A DNA stretch of 64,000 bases, from NCBI GenBank assembly GCA_043745355.1, contig JAYTSY010000011.1, forward strand, positions 16,822-80,821, read 5' to 3'. Made by a program: the position numbers and the translations under genes. This stretch comes from a bacterium. Its GTDB lineage: Bacteria; Patescibacteriota; Minisyncoccia; Phycocordibacterales; CAIZLB01. The notes under the pieces are model-generated. The model was given only the letters and a program-made list of their open reading frames with translations, was not told the DNA's origin and searched no databases. This document shows, piece by piece, positions 37,539-47,777 of the stretch. How positions within the stretch are numbered: the first letter of the stretch is position 1; every line of letters begins with the position of its first letter.

Positions 37539-38738
37539 TTAAAATTCGGTGACGTTAGGATTCATACTGCACACTGCACTTTTTGAAACGCTGACACCTT
37601 TTGAGTTTTGGCAGGTCATCTTATAGCTTGCAGTGTGTGTGATTGGAGGTGTAAGGGAGTTTCTACTTGAAATATCTACGTCAAAAGGACTCGAATAACC
37701 TGCGCCTGTAATGTTACAAGCCGAGGCGTTTGTAACTACCCACACCATCTTGCAACTGTCATTTTTATTGACGATGCCCGGTGACATAGAAAAACTATTT
37801 ATTTCTGGTGGAGGTACGACAACCGGACACACGCTCGTTGATGGAATGACCGAACCGTCAGGGCAAGTGATTGTTGTAACCCCCTCGCAAGTTCCATTGG
37901 TTGTGGCAGATTTTGTAACTGATGGGATACTTTCTGTTGCAACGCCACCGCTTGTGACAAATGAAGTCACATAGAATGAATAATTAGTTCCACCAATGCC
38001 TGTAAACGTATAATCTACGATTCCACTTGCTGAGTAAATTGGACCATTTTTTACTAAGACAGAACCCGCTGCGGAGCTTTTGGAGTACACGTAGTATCCC
38101 GTGGCTCCGGAAACTGCATTCCAATGCATATTGACCTTACCGCAATCGCTACCTGTCTCTACAGTAAATCCATCTGGTGTGCCAGGTGGGACAACAGCCG
38201 CTCCAAATGTCACTCCACTAAAATCTACCCAACCGACAACGTTAGACCCCCATGCATAACCCCCGAAAGTTTTTGTGCCTCCGTCAAAAGTGACACCATC
38301 AAGACTGATCCAACCATCGAAGCCGTCAGTCCGTCCTGCACTTTGACAATCCTTATTTGTAGTGCCTGTACAGACGCGCGCCCACCCGCTCAAACCAGAA
38401 AGATTCATAGTTGCTGTACAACCGCTACCTCCAGCAGGACAACCACCGAGATCAGTCTGATTGAAACTTACCCAGCCAACGTTTGAGGACCATGCATAAC
38501 CTGAAATATTACCTGTTGAGTCAACAGTAACTCCATTCATATCAATCCACCCAATATTTGAGGACCAGGCATATCCATTGAGAGCACCGCTCGGAACAGT
38601 TGTCTGTGCTTTTGTGGGAGATGACACTAATGAGAAATATATGACAAGGCTCGCGATAAAAAGACCAAAGACCGCTCCCATAATTGCCTTCCCCGCGTGT
38701 GGTGCTTTCATTAAAATAATTGTACCACGAGTATGCAC
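37539..38738 (-). CDS. Secreted protein with GYAWSSNxGW repeats and an FN3-like domain
   Basis: GYAWSSNIGWI / GYAWSSNVGWV / GYAWGSNVVGWV; WNAVSGATGYYVY; start codon uncertain. Confidence 0.8.
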   Translation of the reverse strand: MHTRGTIILMKAPHAGKAIMGAVFGLFIASLVIYFSLVSSPTKAQTTVPSGALNGYAWSSNIGWIDMNGVTVDSTGNISGYAWSSNVGWVSFNQTDLGGCPAGGSGCTATMNLSGLSGWARVCTGTTNKDCQSAGRTDGFDGWISLDGVTFDGGTKTFGGYAWGSNVVGWVDFSGVTFGAAVVPPGTPDGFTVETGSDCGKVNMHWNAVSGATGYYVYSKSSAAGSVLVKNGPIYSASGIVDYTFTGIGGTNYSFYVTSFVTSGGVATESIPSVTKSATTNGTCEGVTTITCPDGSVIPSTSVCPVVVPPPEINSFSMSPGIVNKNDSCKMVWVVTNASACNITGAGYSSPFDVDISSRNSLTPPITHTASYKMTCQNSKGVSVSKSAVCSMNPNVTEF

Positions 38739-38762
38739 GTGGAAAATTGCCGCTGTTGATAA

Positions 38763-40742
38763 CTAACGTACTTGCCAACCTTCTTTTAAATTCATTTCTT
38801 CCGTTATTTTATTCATGATTTTATTTGCTTCATCATCAGTGAGAGTACGATCAGTTGCTTGGAATACAAGGCGGAAGGCGTATGAGGTGCGGACCGGCTC
38901 ACCTTCTTTTCTCTTGGTAAACGTATCGAAGAGTCCGGTCCGCACCAACAAATCACTTCCGTGGGATTCAATAATGGAAAGTGGTTCATGCTCATTACCT
39001 ACTTCCCCAGGAACAAACACTGCAATGTCGCGCACCATAAAAGGAAAGGCTGATATCTTTTTGAATGTTGTATGCGAAAGTGGCGGGAATGCAATAATCG
39101 CGTCCAGCGCAGGCTCTGGTAGCGCATCGATCACTTTTCCGAGATCGAATTCCATTACTCCATCAATTCTATTTATTTCGCCAATCGATTTATTGTCCAG
39201 TATGATAATTCCTCCAGTATCGTCGATCGTGCACGTTGTCTGAATATTTGTGCCCAATGATTCAATGAGATGTTCACGGATATTGCGGACCTGTTCATTG
39301 ACCGAATCCCCCTTCGTTTTTTTTGGCTCCGCGATGCCCACTGCTAATGACCAACGTTCTTTTTTGTCTTTAAAAACTTTTCCAATCTCGAATATCTTGA
39401 CGCTGGATTCTCCGATCATATCTATTTTACGCAAATTAAATTCAAATTTTTCTACGATAGTTGATGACAGATCATTTCGTAGACTGCCCCGCTCAATATT
39501 CAATGGATTTTCCAGAATCATGTCCCCTCCATCCTTCAATGTATACGTATAAATCTCAGAAAACCCTTTGTCTACAAGATATTTTCTTGCGAGATTCATA
39601 TAATAAAAATTCTTATTTTGTGGCTGATCAAATTCAGGTGTTGGAATACGCACTGGCACATTTTCATATCCATAGAGTCGACCGATTTCATCTGCAATAT
39701 CCTCGATAGCACGTAAATCAGGACGATAAACTGGGACGGTCAATGACAATATATCAGCAGTCTTTTTGTCTACACCAATCTTGCACCATTTCAACATATC
39801 CATCATTTCATCGCTTGGAATGGAACAGCCGAGCAAAGTATTGATACGAGCCACGGAGACTTCGAAAATCCTTTCTGTAACGGGTGTGGAGTGAATATCA
39901 ACTATCTTTCCAAATGTGGCTTTTGGCAGATCCGCATAAATAAAACTGCACACCATATCCATCGCAAGCTCTGCGCGTTCAGGCGTCACATCATTCTCAA
40001 ACCGTTTTGATGATTCATTGCGAATGCCTACAGATTGTGATGTCCGTCTAATATTGGCCGCTTTAAAATTTGCCGCTTCGATGATGATTCGTTTTGTAGA
40101 TAGTGAAATCTCAGCGCGTTTGCCACCTTTGACGCCGGCGATGGCGAGCGGTCCGACCTCGTCGGCAATGACAAGCATCGCCGGCGTCAATTTCACTGTT
40201 GTTCCGTCGAGGATAACGATTTCCTCCCCTGCGTTCGCCGGTCGAACGACGATACCCCCTTCTACTTTGTCGGCGTCGAACGCATGGAGTGGCTGACCGG
40301 TATCAAGCATCACATAGTTGGTGTAATCAACAATATTATTTATAGAACGCTGGCCCACTGCTTCGAGTCGCTTCGTGAGCCATGCAGGCGACGCCACAAT
40401 ATCAATACTCTCGACGACGCGCCCCATGTATCGCCGACACAATTCATTATCTGAAATGGTGATTGAAACACTAGGCACACTACTTGAAACAGATACGACA
40501 ACGACTTCAGGCAAAATCATTTCTTCCCGAATAATCGCCCCGATCTCTTGTGCAATATAACGGTGTGACAAACAATAAGGACTTCGGTCGGGCAACACTT
40601 TTATATCAAAAATTGTATCGTCACCTTTTGTGTGAGTATCTTCCACTTCAAATGCCTTCATCGTTAAAAGCTCCACCAAATCAGATGGCTGTGGCAAGGT
40701 TTTTTTGAAATATGATTGAAGCCATTTATAAGAGACGATCAT
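38763..40742 (-). CDS. pheT: Phenylalanine--tRNA ligase beta subunit
   Basis: MIVSYKWL, INNIVDYTNYVML.TGQPLHAFD, SSKRFE, RPDL...DEIGRLYGY, C-terminal FDX-ACB (RDIAV...DRTLTD). Confidence 0.96.
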   Translation of the reverse strand: MIVSYKWLQSYFKKTLPQPSDLVELLTMKAFEVEDTHTKGDDTIFDIKVLPDRSPYCLSHRYIAQEIGAIIREEMILPEVVVVSVSSSVPSVSITISDNELCRRYMGRVVESIDIVASPAWLTKRLEAVGQRSINNIVDYTNYVMLDTGQPLHAFDADKVEGGIVVRPANAGEEIVILDGTTVKLTPAMLVIADEVGPLAIAGVKGGKRAEISLSTKRIIIEAANFKAANIRRTSQSVGIRNESSKRFENDVTPERAELAMDMVCSFIYADLPKATFGKIVDIHSTPVTERIFEVSVARINTLLGCSIPSDEMMDMLKWCKIGVDKKTADILSLTVPVYRPDLRAIEDIADEIGRLYGYENVPVRIPTPEFDQPQNKNFYYMNLARKYLVDKGFSEIYTYTLKDGGDMILENPLNIERGSLRNDLSSTIVEKFEFNLRKIDMIGESSVKIFEIGKVFKDKKERWSLAVGIAEPKKTKGDSVNEQVRNIREHLIESLGTNIQTTCTIDDTGGIIILDNKSIGEINRIDGVMEFDLGKVIDALPEPALDAIIAFPPLSHTTFKKISAFPFMVRDIAVFVPGEVGNEHEPLSIIESHGSDLLVRTGLFDTFTKRKEGEPVRTSYAFRLVFQATDRTLTDDEANKIMNKITEEMNLKEGWQVR

Positions 40743-40751
40743 AAAAATAAA

Positions 40752-41468
40752 TTAAAATTGATTAACGAATCGCAGATCACCAGAATACATCAGGCGAATA
40801 TCGTCGATGGCATATTTGAGCATGACCATGCGATCGAGTCCCATTCCAAAAGCAAATCCACTCCACTCTGTTGAATCGATATTGCCTGCCTTCAAAACAT
40901 TTGGATGAACGAGGCCAGCCCCAAGTACTTCAAGCCATTTGCCTTTCCATCTAATATCAAGCTCTATGCCAGGTTCGACGAATGGAAAGAAACTTGGTCG
41001 AAAACGAAACTCAGTCGTCTTACCGAAAAACTCTTCAACGAAAAATTGCAGTGTGCCTTTTAAATCGCTCATCGAAACATCCTTGCCAACCATCAGCCCT
41101 TCAATTTGGTAAAATTCCGCTTCATGAGTTGCGTCTGTTGCCTCATTTCGAAACACTTTTCCTGGAGCAAGGATGCGAAACGGAGGTTTATGGGATTCCA
41201 TGTATCTGATTTGTACTGGCGATGTGTGAGTCCGTGGCAAAATTCGCTCCCCTTTTGGGCCCTGATCCTTCAACCAAAAAGTATCCTGCATATCACGAGA
41301 AGGGTGATCCTTGGCTGTCCCTAAGGCATCAAAATTGTAATATTCAGTCTCGACCTCAGGACCTTCCGCAACCGTGAAGCCCATTTTGGAGAAAATCCGA
41401 ACGATTTCGTTGATTACCTGTGTGGTCGGATGGAGGTGTCCGACTGTGGCCGATACGTTTTCTGTCAT
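40752..41468 (-). CDS. pheS: Phenylalanine--tRNA ligase alpha subunit (short)
   Basis: GHLHP, HPSRDMQDTF, RTHTSPVQ, FRPSFFPFVEP, GFAFGMGLDR; start taken at ATG 41468. Confidence 0.96.
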   Translation of the reverse strand: MTENVSATVGHLHPTTQVINEIVRIFSKMGFTVAEGPEVETEYYNFDALGTAKDHPSRDMQDTFWLKDQGPKGERILPRTHTSPVQIRYMESHKPPFRILAPGKVFRNEATDATHEAEFYQIEGLMVGKDVSMSDLKGTLQFFVEEFFGKTTEFRFRPSFFPFVEPGIELDIRWKGKWLEVLGAGLVHPNVLKAGNIDSTEWSGFAFGMGLDRMVMLKYAIDDIRLMYSGDLRFVNQF

Positions 41469-41529
41469 AGGATAAAAGTATAGCGTATATTGATAAAAAT
41501 CGGAAATTGTGCAATAATATGGCCCTTCT

Positions 41530-42780
41530 ATGGGAATTGCCCTCACTCTCATTTCCTCGTCTCTCGTCTTCACCATGGTCTATTTTCAGGTCTTTTTACT
41601 CCTGACCATATTTGAAAGGGACGAAGACTCCGAACAAGCATCTTCGGCGTGTTTGACACGTAAGCCCACAATCACCATTTTGGTCCCCGTATTTAACGAA
41701 GAATTGACAGTCGAAAAGACCATCGAGTCATTGCTCAAGCTCGACTACCCAAAAGATAAGATATCCATCATGATCGTCGACGACGGATCGACTGATAATA
41801 CATGGAATGTCATCCAAAAATTCAAATCATTTCCTCATATCGTTTTTCATCAAAAAGAAAATGGTGGAAAATACACCGCCCTCAATTACGGAATCGAGCA
41901 TTGCGAATCTGAATTTATCGGATGCCTCGATGCCGATTCATTCGTCGATGCGCAAGCGCTAAACCATATTATTCCTTATTTTGATGATGCGGAAACCGTG
42001 GCAGTCACTCCGTCTCTAAAAATACTCAATCCTGACAATATTCTAGGGCTCATGCAAAACGCGGAATATAATATGGGTGTCTTCACCCGCAAAATGTTTA
42101 GTCTTCTTGATGCTCAATACGTCACACCCGGGCCATTCTCAATTTTCCGTAAAGAAATATTTAAAAAAGTGGGGTTGTATCGTCACGCACACAATACCGA
42201 AGACCTCGAAATGGCCCTTCGTTTACAAAAGCATCATTATAAAATAACCAATGCTCATAAAGCTGTAGTCTATACCGTTGGACCGCGCACTCTCTACAAA
42301 CTTTACAGACAGCGTGTGCGATGGACCAGTGGATTCATTCAAAATGTGATCGATTATCGTACTATTATTCTCAATCCAACATATGGAAACTTCGGCGTGC
42401 TTATTCTTCCCGCGGCAATCTATAGTATTCTCGGAACACTCATATTTCTCACATATTCACTCTATAAAATCATCATCAGCGTCAATGATGAATATCATAA
42501 CTTGCAAAACATCAATTGGGATATCAAATGGAATTTTCATGTGGCGTTTTTTAATAGCAATTGGTGGTATTACAATGTTGAACCACGTTTTTTGCTTATT
42601 CTATTTACCAGTGCCATTATCGCCTTTGCAGTTTGGTATGGTAAAAGACTGACGGGGACCAAAGACAAAAAAATAGTGGATGTGCTCTTTTTTCTCCTGT
42701 TATATTCACTCGTTTCTCCCCTCTGGCTAATCACATCAGTTTATAATACAATCCGAAGACGCGATGCCGCATGGCGATAA
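41530..42780 (+). CDS. GT2 processive glycosyltransferase (PgaC/IcaA-like)
   Basis: VPVFNEE, DDGSTD, GGKYTALN, LDADS, TEDLE, QRVRW; several TM helices. Confidence 0.9.
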   Translation: MGIALTLISSSLVFTMVYFQVFLLLTIFERDEDSEQASSACLTRKPTITILVPVFNEELTVEKTIESLLKLDYPKDKISIMIVDDGSTDNTWNVIQKFKSFPHIVFHQKENGGKYTALNYGIEHCESEFIGCLDADSFVDAQALNHIIPYFDDAETVAVTPSLKILNPDNILGLMQNAEYNMGVFTRKMFSLLDAQYVTPGPFSIFRKEIFKKVGLYRHAHNTEDLEMALRLQKHHYKITNAHKAVVYTVGPRTLYKLYRQRVRWTSGFIQNVIDYRTIILNPTYGNFGVLILPAAIYSILGTLIFLTYSLYKIIISVNDEYHNLQNINWDIKWNFHVAFFNSNWWYYNVEPRFLLILFTSAIIAFAVWYGKRLTGTKDKKIVDVLFFLLLYSLVSPLWLITSVYNTIRRRDAAWR

Positions 42781-42786
42781 CCTTTT

Positions 42787-43524
42787 ATGATCAACTCCCC
42801 CTCACGAAAATCACTTGATTGGAAGAAGTATATTCTGGCTTTTATCATTACAGCTGTCATCTTCGGCATAGGTATATATATCAATAATAAATTAGATCAG
42901 AAAAGATTCGCTGATATTCAGAATGTGCAGGATCAAATATCACTTGATTTGCTCTCGTCAGAGACGCAATTTGATCTCCTCAAGCAAAGTACTTGTACAA
43001 CGGACGGCAGTTCATCAATCCTCTCTCAAGAACTCAATTCCCTTAGCAGTAAACTCTCATATATGGAAGCCAATAGCGCAAATGGCACAAGCGGCGAACT
43101 CCTCAGTGTCAAGAAATACTACTCCCTGCTTGAGATCAAGGACTACTTACTGATGAAGCAACTGAGTACTGAGTGCAGATCAAAGCCGATCAGCGTGCTC
43201 TACTTTTATGGGAACAAAAATGACTGTCCCGAGTGCGAAAAAATGGGCTTTGTCCTGACTTATTTGCGTGAACAATATCCTGAGCTACGTATTTATTCTT
43301 TTGATAATAATCTCTCTCTTTCAGCCATTACGACCCTCAACTCTCTCTACAAAATTGACCGTCGTGCACTCCCCGCGCTTGTCATTGGAGACAAGACATA
43401 TGTTGGCTTCCGCGATATTAATGCGATCAAAGAACTCATTCCTCAATTGGTAAAAATAGACAAAGAGCGCGTGGCAAGCTCAACAAAGAGTAGACTAACA
43501 AATACCGCTTCTAGTACACAGTAG
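42787..43524 (+). CDS. Membrane-anchored protein with a thioredoxin-like C-terminal domain
   Basis: N-terminal TM; LYFY...CPEC; PALVIG. Confidence 0.7.
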   Translation: MINSPSRKSLDWKKYILAFIITAVIFGIGIYINNKLDQKRFADIQNVQDQISLDLLSSETQFDLLKQSTCTTDGSSSILSQELNSLSSKLSYMEANSANGTSGELLSVKKYYSLLEIKDYLLMKQLSTECRSKPISVLYFYGNKNDCPECEKMGFVLTYLREQYPELRIYSFDNNLSLSAITTLNSLYKIDRRALPALVIGDKTYVGFRDINAIKELIPQLVKIDKERVASSTKSRLTNTASSTQ

Positions 43525-43528
43525 ATAA

Positions 43529-44047
43529 TTATTGAGTCTTTTTAAATTTCAGAAAAACGGCCGTCGAAAACAATTTTTTAGTAGAATAATCTTGGGGTTT
43601 AAAAAATGAGGTGGCAAAAAACTTCTTCCCGCGAGGAGAAAGGATAGACCCTGAGGCATCCGTCAGTGTGGTTCCTGTCCCAGGCTGGTTTCCATAGGTA
43701 TAGTTATTAGTGATATCAACACATTCGGAATAGACTAAAATACTACAATACTCACCGCCGTTCGAGTATGTGCCGAGTTGATAAGTACCGCTCGTATTGT
43801 AATAACTATAAAATATTGACTGGCCGCTCTGCTCGTATAATGATAAGACGTTATTAGTTTTGTAATCAAGAACATATGTGGTATTACCTCCGCAATCGCA
43901 TACAGCTGCGCCCCAATGCAATATTTCCATACCTCCAAAGGCTGATTCCCCACTTGCACTTTGAGCGTGAGAAATAAGTGGAAAGATTAAAAAGACACTT
44001 CCTATTAATAGACCTGCGAATAATTTATTTTGAAGTAATTTATTCAT
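43529..44047 (-). CDS. Hypothetical secreted protein
   Basis: Signal peptide; Cys pairs; co-oriented with the upstream gene. Confidence 0.7.
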   Translation of the reverse strand: MNKLLQNKLFAGLLIGSVFLIFPLISHAQSASGESAFGGMEILHWGAAVCDCGGNTTYVLDYKTNNVLSLYEQSGQSIFYSYYNTSGTYQLGTYSNGGEYCSILVYSECVDITNNYTYGNQPGTGTTLTDASGSILSPRGKKFFATSFFKPQDYSTKKLFSTAVFLKFKKTQ

Positions 44048-44050
44048 GAT

Positions 44051-44842
44051 TTATATACCAGTTAATAAATTAATTGTGGCAGTCACAGCATTGCTAGTTC
44101 CCTTCTCATTTTTGACAGATATCGCAACGGGAACATGATTACCATGCATGCCGTCTTTTTCTTCTGCAGATTTTGATACCTTTTCAAGAATGGCATCACG
44201 GATTCTTGGACTAAGTTTGCTCAAGTTTTCTTTTAATTTTGATGAAACGCTGCTACTGAAAGTAACTTCCATGTATGTACTGGAAGCTGCTATAACATTG
44301 GTATATCTATCGGGAAAATCTATTGAAAATAATACTGTATTTATCGGTGAAAAATTTCTTCCTGTGATACCAATTGTCTGCCCGTTTTGGAGAGTAGTCG
44401 TTGAAAGCGAAGTAATCACTGGAGCATCAACAGCAGATGGCACTTGTAGAGGTGGGGACGGAAATATGAATGGTACAGACACAGTGGGAATTGACAAAGA
44501 ATTCAACTTTTTTCTCGTCAAAGTGCCGACATACCCCGTACCATTTACCAGGCCTGATGGGACAAGTATTTCATTTCTATATAATTCTTGAAATTTTATA
44601 ACTGCTACCTTTGTGGCAGATCCAAAATATGATGTCTCAAAGCCTCGAGAACCGCGGCCCGTCAAAGAAACAGTCGTGGAAGCGTTGCTGTTTAAAATTT
44701 TCTGTAATGCTTGCACATCGGGACCGACATCGGTCATTCCAAGATTTCTGTAAAAAAGATCCCCTGCCGAAAGAGATGTAACGGGGAAAAAAACAATCGC
44801 AAGGCTGAGAAAAAACAATGAATGAAAGTACTTCATCTTCAT
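44051..44842 (-). CDS. Secreted peptidoglycan-binding domain protein with an IPT-like domain
   Basis: DVQALQKILN..YFGSATKVAVIKFQ..GTGYVGTLTRKKLN; PVITSLS..ITGRNFS. Confidence 0.8.
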   Translation of the reverse strand: MKMKYFHSLFFLSLAIVFFPVTSLSAGDLFYRNLGMTDVGPDVQALQKILNSNASTTVSLTGRGSRGFETSYFGSATKVAVIKFQELYRNEILVPSGLVNGTGYVGTLTRKKLNSLSIPTVSVPFIFPSPPLQVPSAVDAPVITSLSTTTLQNGQTIGITGRNFSPINTVLFSIDFPDRYTNVIAASSTYMEVTFSSSVSSKLKENLSKLSPRIRDAILEKVSKSAEEKDGMHGNHVPVAISVKNEKGTSNAVTATINLLTGI

Positions 44843-44884
44843 ACTCGAATTATACCATCATCTATAAAAAGGTGCCTGATTCTA

Positions 44885-44960
44885 TGGAGCCGCTTCTCAG
44901 ATTCGAACTGAGGACCTTCACTTTACAAAAGTGTTGCTCTACCAACTGAGCTAAAGCGGC
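44885..44960 (-). tRNA. tRNA-Thr(TGT)
   Basis: GCCGCTT acceptor, GCTC-AGTTGGTA-GAGC D arm, loop TT-TGT-AA, CTCAG-TTCGAAT-CTGAG T arm, encoded CCA; 76 nt. Confidence 0.97.
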
Positions 44961-44971
44961 GCATTGCTATA

Positions 44972-45340
44972 CTACCTGATTTCCTTAACATCTTCAACAT
45001 TCTTGAGAAAGAATGATACTGAACCTCTATTCTTTGGAATATCCTTGCCTCGGACCATATCTCCAATTCTTCCGAATTTTTTGCCCAATTTGACAAAGAT
45101 GGCGAGGAAAAAATTCTCAAATGCTACGAGTAAGTTGTGTAGGGTATTTTTGAGAGACTTGTAACTTACGTGGGTAATCTGATACATCGTCCTTTCAAAC
45201 CACCACGAGAGGCGTGCGTCTCGCTCAGGGGTTGAAAGCGAGAACATAGCCTGTCCACCAGACAACTGCACAGACTTACTCCACAGGATTGCAATCATTC
45301 CGATGAACGATAGGAGGACAATAACGAGTGCAGTGATCAT
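44972..45340 (-). CDS. Hypothetical membrane protein
   Basis: N-terminal TM; sits between tsf and the tRNA. Confidence 0.75.
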   Translation of the reverse strand: MITALVIVLLSFIGMIAILWSKSVQLSGGQAMFSLSTPERDARLSWWFERTMYQITHVSYKSLKNTLHNLLVAFENFFLAIFVKLGKKFGRIGDMVRGKDIPKNRGSVSFFLKNVEDVKEIR

Positions 45341-45354
45341 AAATGTTATGTGAT

Positions 45355-45951
45355 TTATTTAGAGAGAACGTTGAACCTTGTGAATCGGGCAACTTGGATC
45401 TTTTCTCCGAATTTCTGAGTCGCATTATCGATCAATTGCTGGATGGTGAGATCAGGATTCTTGATGAATGGCTGATCAAGCAAGATCATATCCTTGAAAT
45501 ATGCCTCGAGCTTGCCTGCGAGAATCTTTTCTACGAGATCAGCCGGCTTGCCCTTGACCTCCTCCTGAAAGACTTCCATCGCCTTTTCCTTGGCAGCTTC
45601 CGTTACTTGATCCTTGCTTGTAAAGTCAGGATTTGTTGCAGAGATGTGCATTGCTATGTCATACGCGAGAGATTTGAATCCCTCGTTCTTTGATACAAAA
45701 TCTGTCTCACATACGAGCTCAATCAATACACCTATAGTGTTGTTTGAATGAATATAAGCCTGAACGACACCCGCACCTAGCTCTCTGTCCCCTTTTTTGG
45801 CAGCAATTTCAGCGCCCTTCTTGCGAAGGAGCACAAGCGCCTTCTCTTCATCCCCGCCAGCTTCCTCGAGTGCCTTCTTGCACTGCATAACAGAAATGCC
45901 AGTCTTGTCTCGAAGTGCCTTGATTTGATCCATGTTGATTTCTGATGCCAT
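45355..45951 (-). CDS. tsf: Elongation factor Ts (short form)
   Basis: IKALRDKTG..MQCKKAL, ELVCETDFV, LLDQPFIK. Confidence 0.97.
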   Translation of the reverse strand: MASEINMDQIKALRDKTGISVMQCKKALEEAGGDEEKALVLLRKKGAEIAAKKGDRELGAGVVQAYIHSNNTIGVLIELVCETDFVSKNEGFKSLAYDIAMHISATNPDFTSKDQVTEAAKEKAMEVFQEEVKGKPADLVEKILAGKLEAYFKDMILLDQPFIKNPDLTIQQLIDNATQKFGEKIQVARFTRFNVLSK

Positions 45952-46013
45952 AAATATAGGGGTTAGAAACTAAGTATACCGCGAAATAACAGCGGTTAAT
46001 AGGGGGCAATTAG

Positions 46014-46769
46014 CTAATTTGAAACAGTCGGCTTGACAGGCGTAGCAATTGGCGCTGGTGCGACAATTGATTTTTTGCCTTCTTGGTATGCTGCCGCGAT
46101 TGCTTTTGCGAAGTATTCAATACTTGAAATAGCTGCATCATTGGCGATAATTGGGTATTTGAGGAGACTGATATCACAATCTGACCCAGCGAGAGCAACA
46201 ACTGGAATCTTCATGTCACGAGCTTCAGCAACTGCGATAAATTCTTTCTTTGAGTCGATAACGAATAGTGCACCTGGAAGTTTGTCCATACTAGTAATAC
46301 CGTTGAAGAGCGCATTCAGTCGATCGATCTCTCGGTCAATCATAAGTCGCTCTTTCTTTGTGTACTTTGTGAGCTCGCCTTTCTCTCGCTGGCTCGTAAG
46401 GTCGAGAAGTTTTTCAACTCGCTTTCGAATGTTTCCGAAGTTTGTAAATGTTCCACCCACCCATCGAGATGCGACAAATGGCTGTCCAACGCTCTCAGCA
46501 GCGGCCTTTACGGCTTCTTTTGCTTCGCTCTTGCCTCCTGCAAAAACGACCTGCTTTCCAGAAGCTGCGATCTTCTTTACGAACTCAATAGCTGCCTGGA
46601 GCTGCTCTTCTGTCTTTTCGAGATTAAAAATCTCAACTTTGTTCTTTGTACCGAAAATAAACGGCTTCACTGTAGGGTGACGTCGTGATTTGATGAATCC
46701 GTAATGTGCGCCGACAGCAAACATTGCTTCAACGGCTGGGTCTGATGGCTTTTTTGTATGGTCTGACAT
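46014..46769 (-). CDS. rpsB: 30S ribosomal protein S2
   Basis: GAHYG, RWVGGTFTNF, IAVAEA, PIIANDAA; start taken at ATG 46769. Confidence 0.97.
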   Translation of the reverse strand: MSDHTKKPSDPAVEAMFAVGAHYGFIKSRRHPTVKPFIFGTKNKVEIFNLEKTEEQLQAAIEFVKKIAASGKQVVFAGGKSEAKEAVKAAAESVGQPFVASRWVGGTFTNFGNIRKRVEKLLDLTSQREKGELTKYTKKERLMIDREIDRLNALFNGITSMDKLPGALFVIDSKKEFIAVAEARDMKIPVVALAGSDCDISLLKYPIIANDAAISSIEYFAKAIAAAYQEGKKSIVAPAPIATPVKPTVSN

Positions 46770-46862
46770 AGGTAAATGAGAGTTTAGCATAGAGGATGAC
46801 AGTGTGCAAATCAAAAACCCGCAGCATATGTCTGGTGCTGCGGGGGGTGTCTTTTGGCCAAC

Positions 46863-47693
46863 TCAAGCTTCGTATTCCTTAAACAAGGCTGCCGAACGTT
46901 CAAGGTAAGCTTCAACAAACCTCCAATCAATCGGCTGTTTGCAATCCCTGCTAGGACGCATGCCGCCTTGAGCGTTGATGCTCAGGCCTGGAAATTTCTC
47001 CAGAAGCGGAATAAGGATATCGAGATTATTTGGCCCCAATCCTCCCGCAACAGCGATCCGAAGCTTCGAAAAAGATTTTGAGATCTCGTCGATGTGATTA
47101 GCGAGAAATTTAATATCCATCAACTTCCCCTCGCCCATACTCTGATCGAGGAGAACTGCGTCGATGACATCTTCGTAATCCCCCAACCTATCAGCAACCC
47201 GGATCGGATCACTGTTTACTTCTTCAAACGCTTGCCGGCCGACTTGGAGTACAACCCCGATTGGTCTCCGTTGTGCATGGATGGCACTCGCGATCATTCC
47301 CGGATCCGGCCACGTCATATCGAGTTGAATGGCATGGAGGTTTGGCCCCGCGCAATCCATCGCTTTCGATAGGCTATAGAAAAGATTCTGCTCGTCGGGC
47401 CAGCCTGCCGGATCGTGGAAGTCAGCGTAGTGAAGAGTGTTCAAGACACCTGCGTCATAGGCGGGAAAAATCTTCGGCAGACGATCTTTCAGGGGGAATA
47501 CCCCATCCCACTGGGACGGGATATTCCAAAGCGTTTTAAAGCTTATCATGATGCCGACCATAAGGACGGGTGGCACGTTCATGCCCTTGCAGGCCTTAGC
47601 GAGAACATCTCGCATTTTGATAGCCTGTTCTTCTTGCGTGAAGTCGCAGACGCCGACATAGCGTGGCACTAAATAGATGTATTCCTTTTGCAT
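46863..47693 (-). CDS. Hypothetical TIM-barrel protein (TrpF/PRAI-like C-terminus)
   Basis: VLLDQSMGEG...AVAGGLGPNNL phosphate-binding-like motif; start uncertain (47693 or 47732). Confidence 0.6.
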   Translation of the reverse strand: MQKEYIYLVPRYVGVCDFTQEEQAIKMRDVLAKACKGMNVPPVLMVGIMISFKTLWNIPSQWDGVFPLKDRLPKIFPAYDAGVLNTLHYADFHDPAGWPDEQNLFYSLSKAMDCAGPNLHAIQLDMTWPDPGMIASAIHAQRRPIGVVLQVGRQAFEEVNSDPIRVADRLGDYEDVIDAVLLDQSMGEGKLMDIKFLANHIDEISKSFSKLRIAVAGGLGPNNLDILIPLLEKFPGLSINAQGGMRPSRDCKQPIDWRFVEAYLERSAALFKEYEA

Positions 47694-47777
47694 AGGGACC
47701 TTTCTGTTTGTTTGGGTTGGTTGTTGTGACAAAGAGTCTAGATCAACAGTACAACAAAAGGAGAATTTGTCTACAAG

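Noticed and set aside
44860-44885. Possible integrated element at the tRNA-Thr 3' end
   Set aside because: No integrase and no duplicated tRNA 3' end were noticed in the window.
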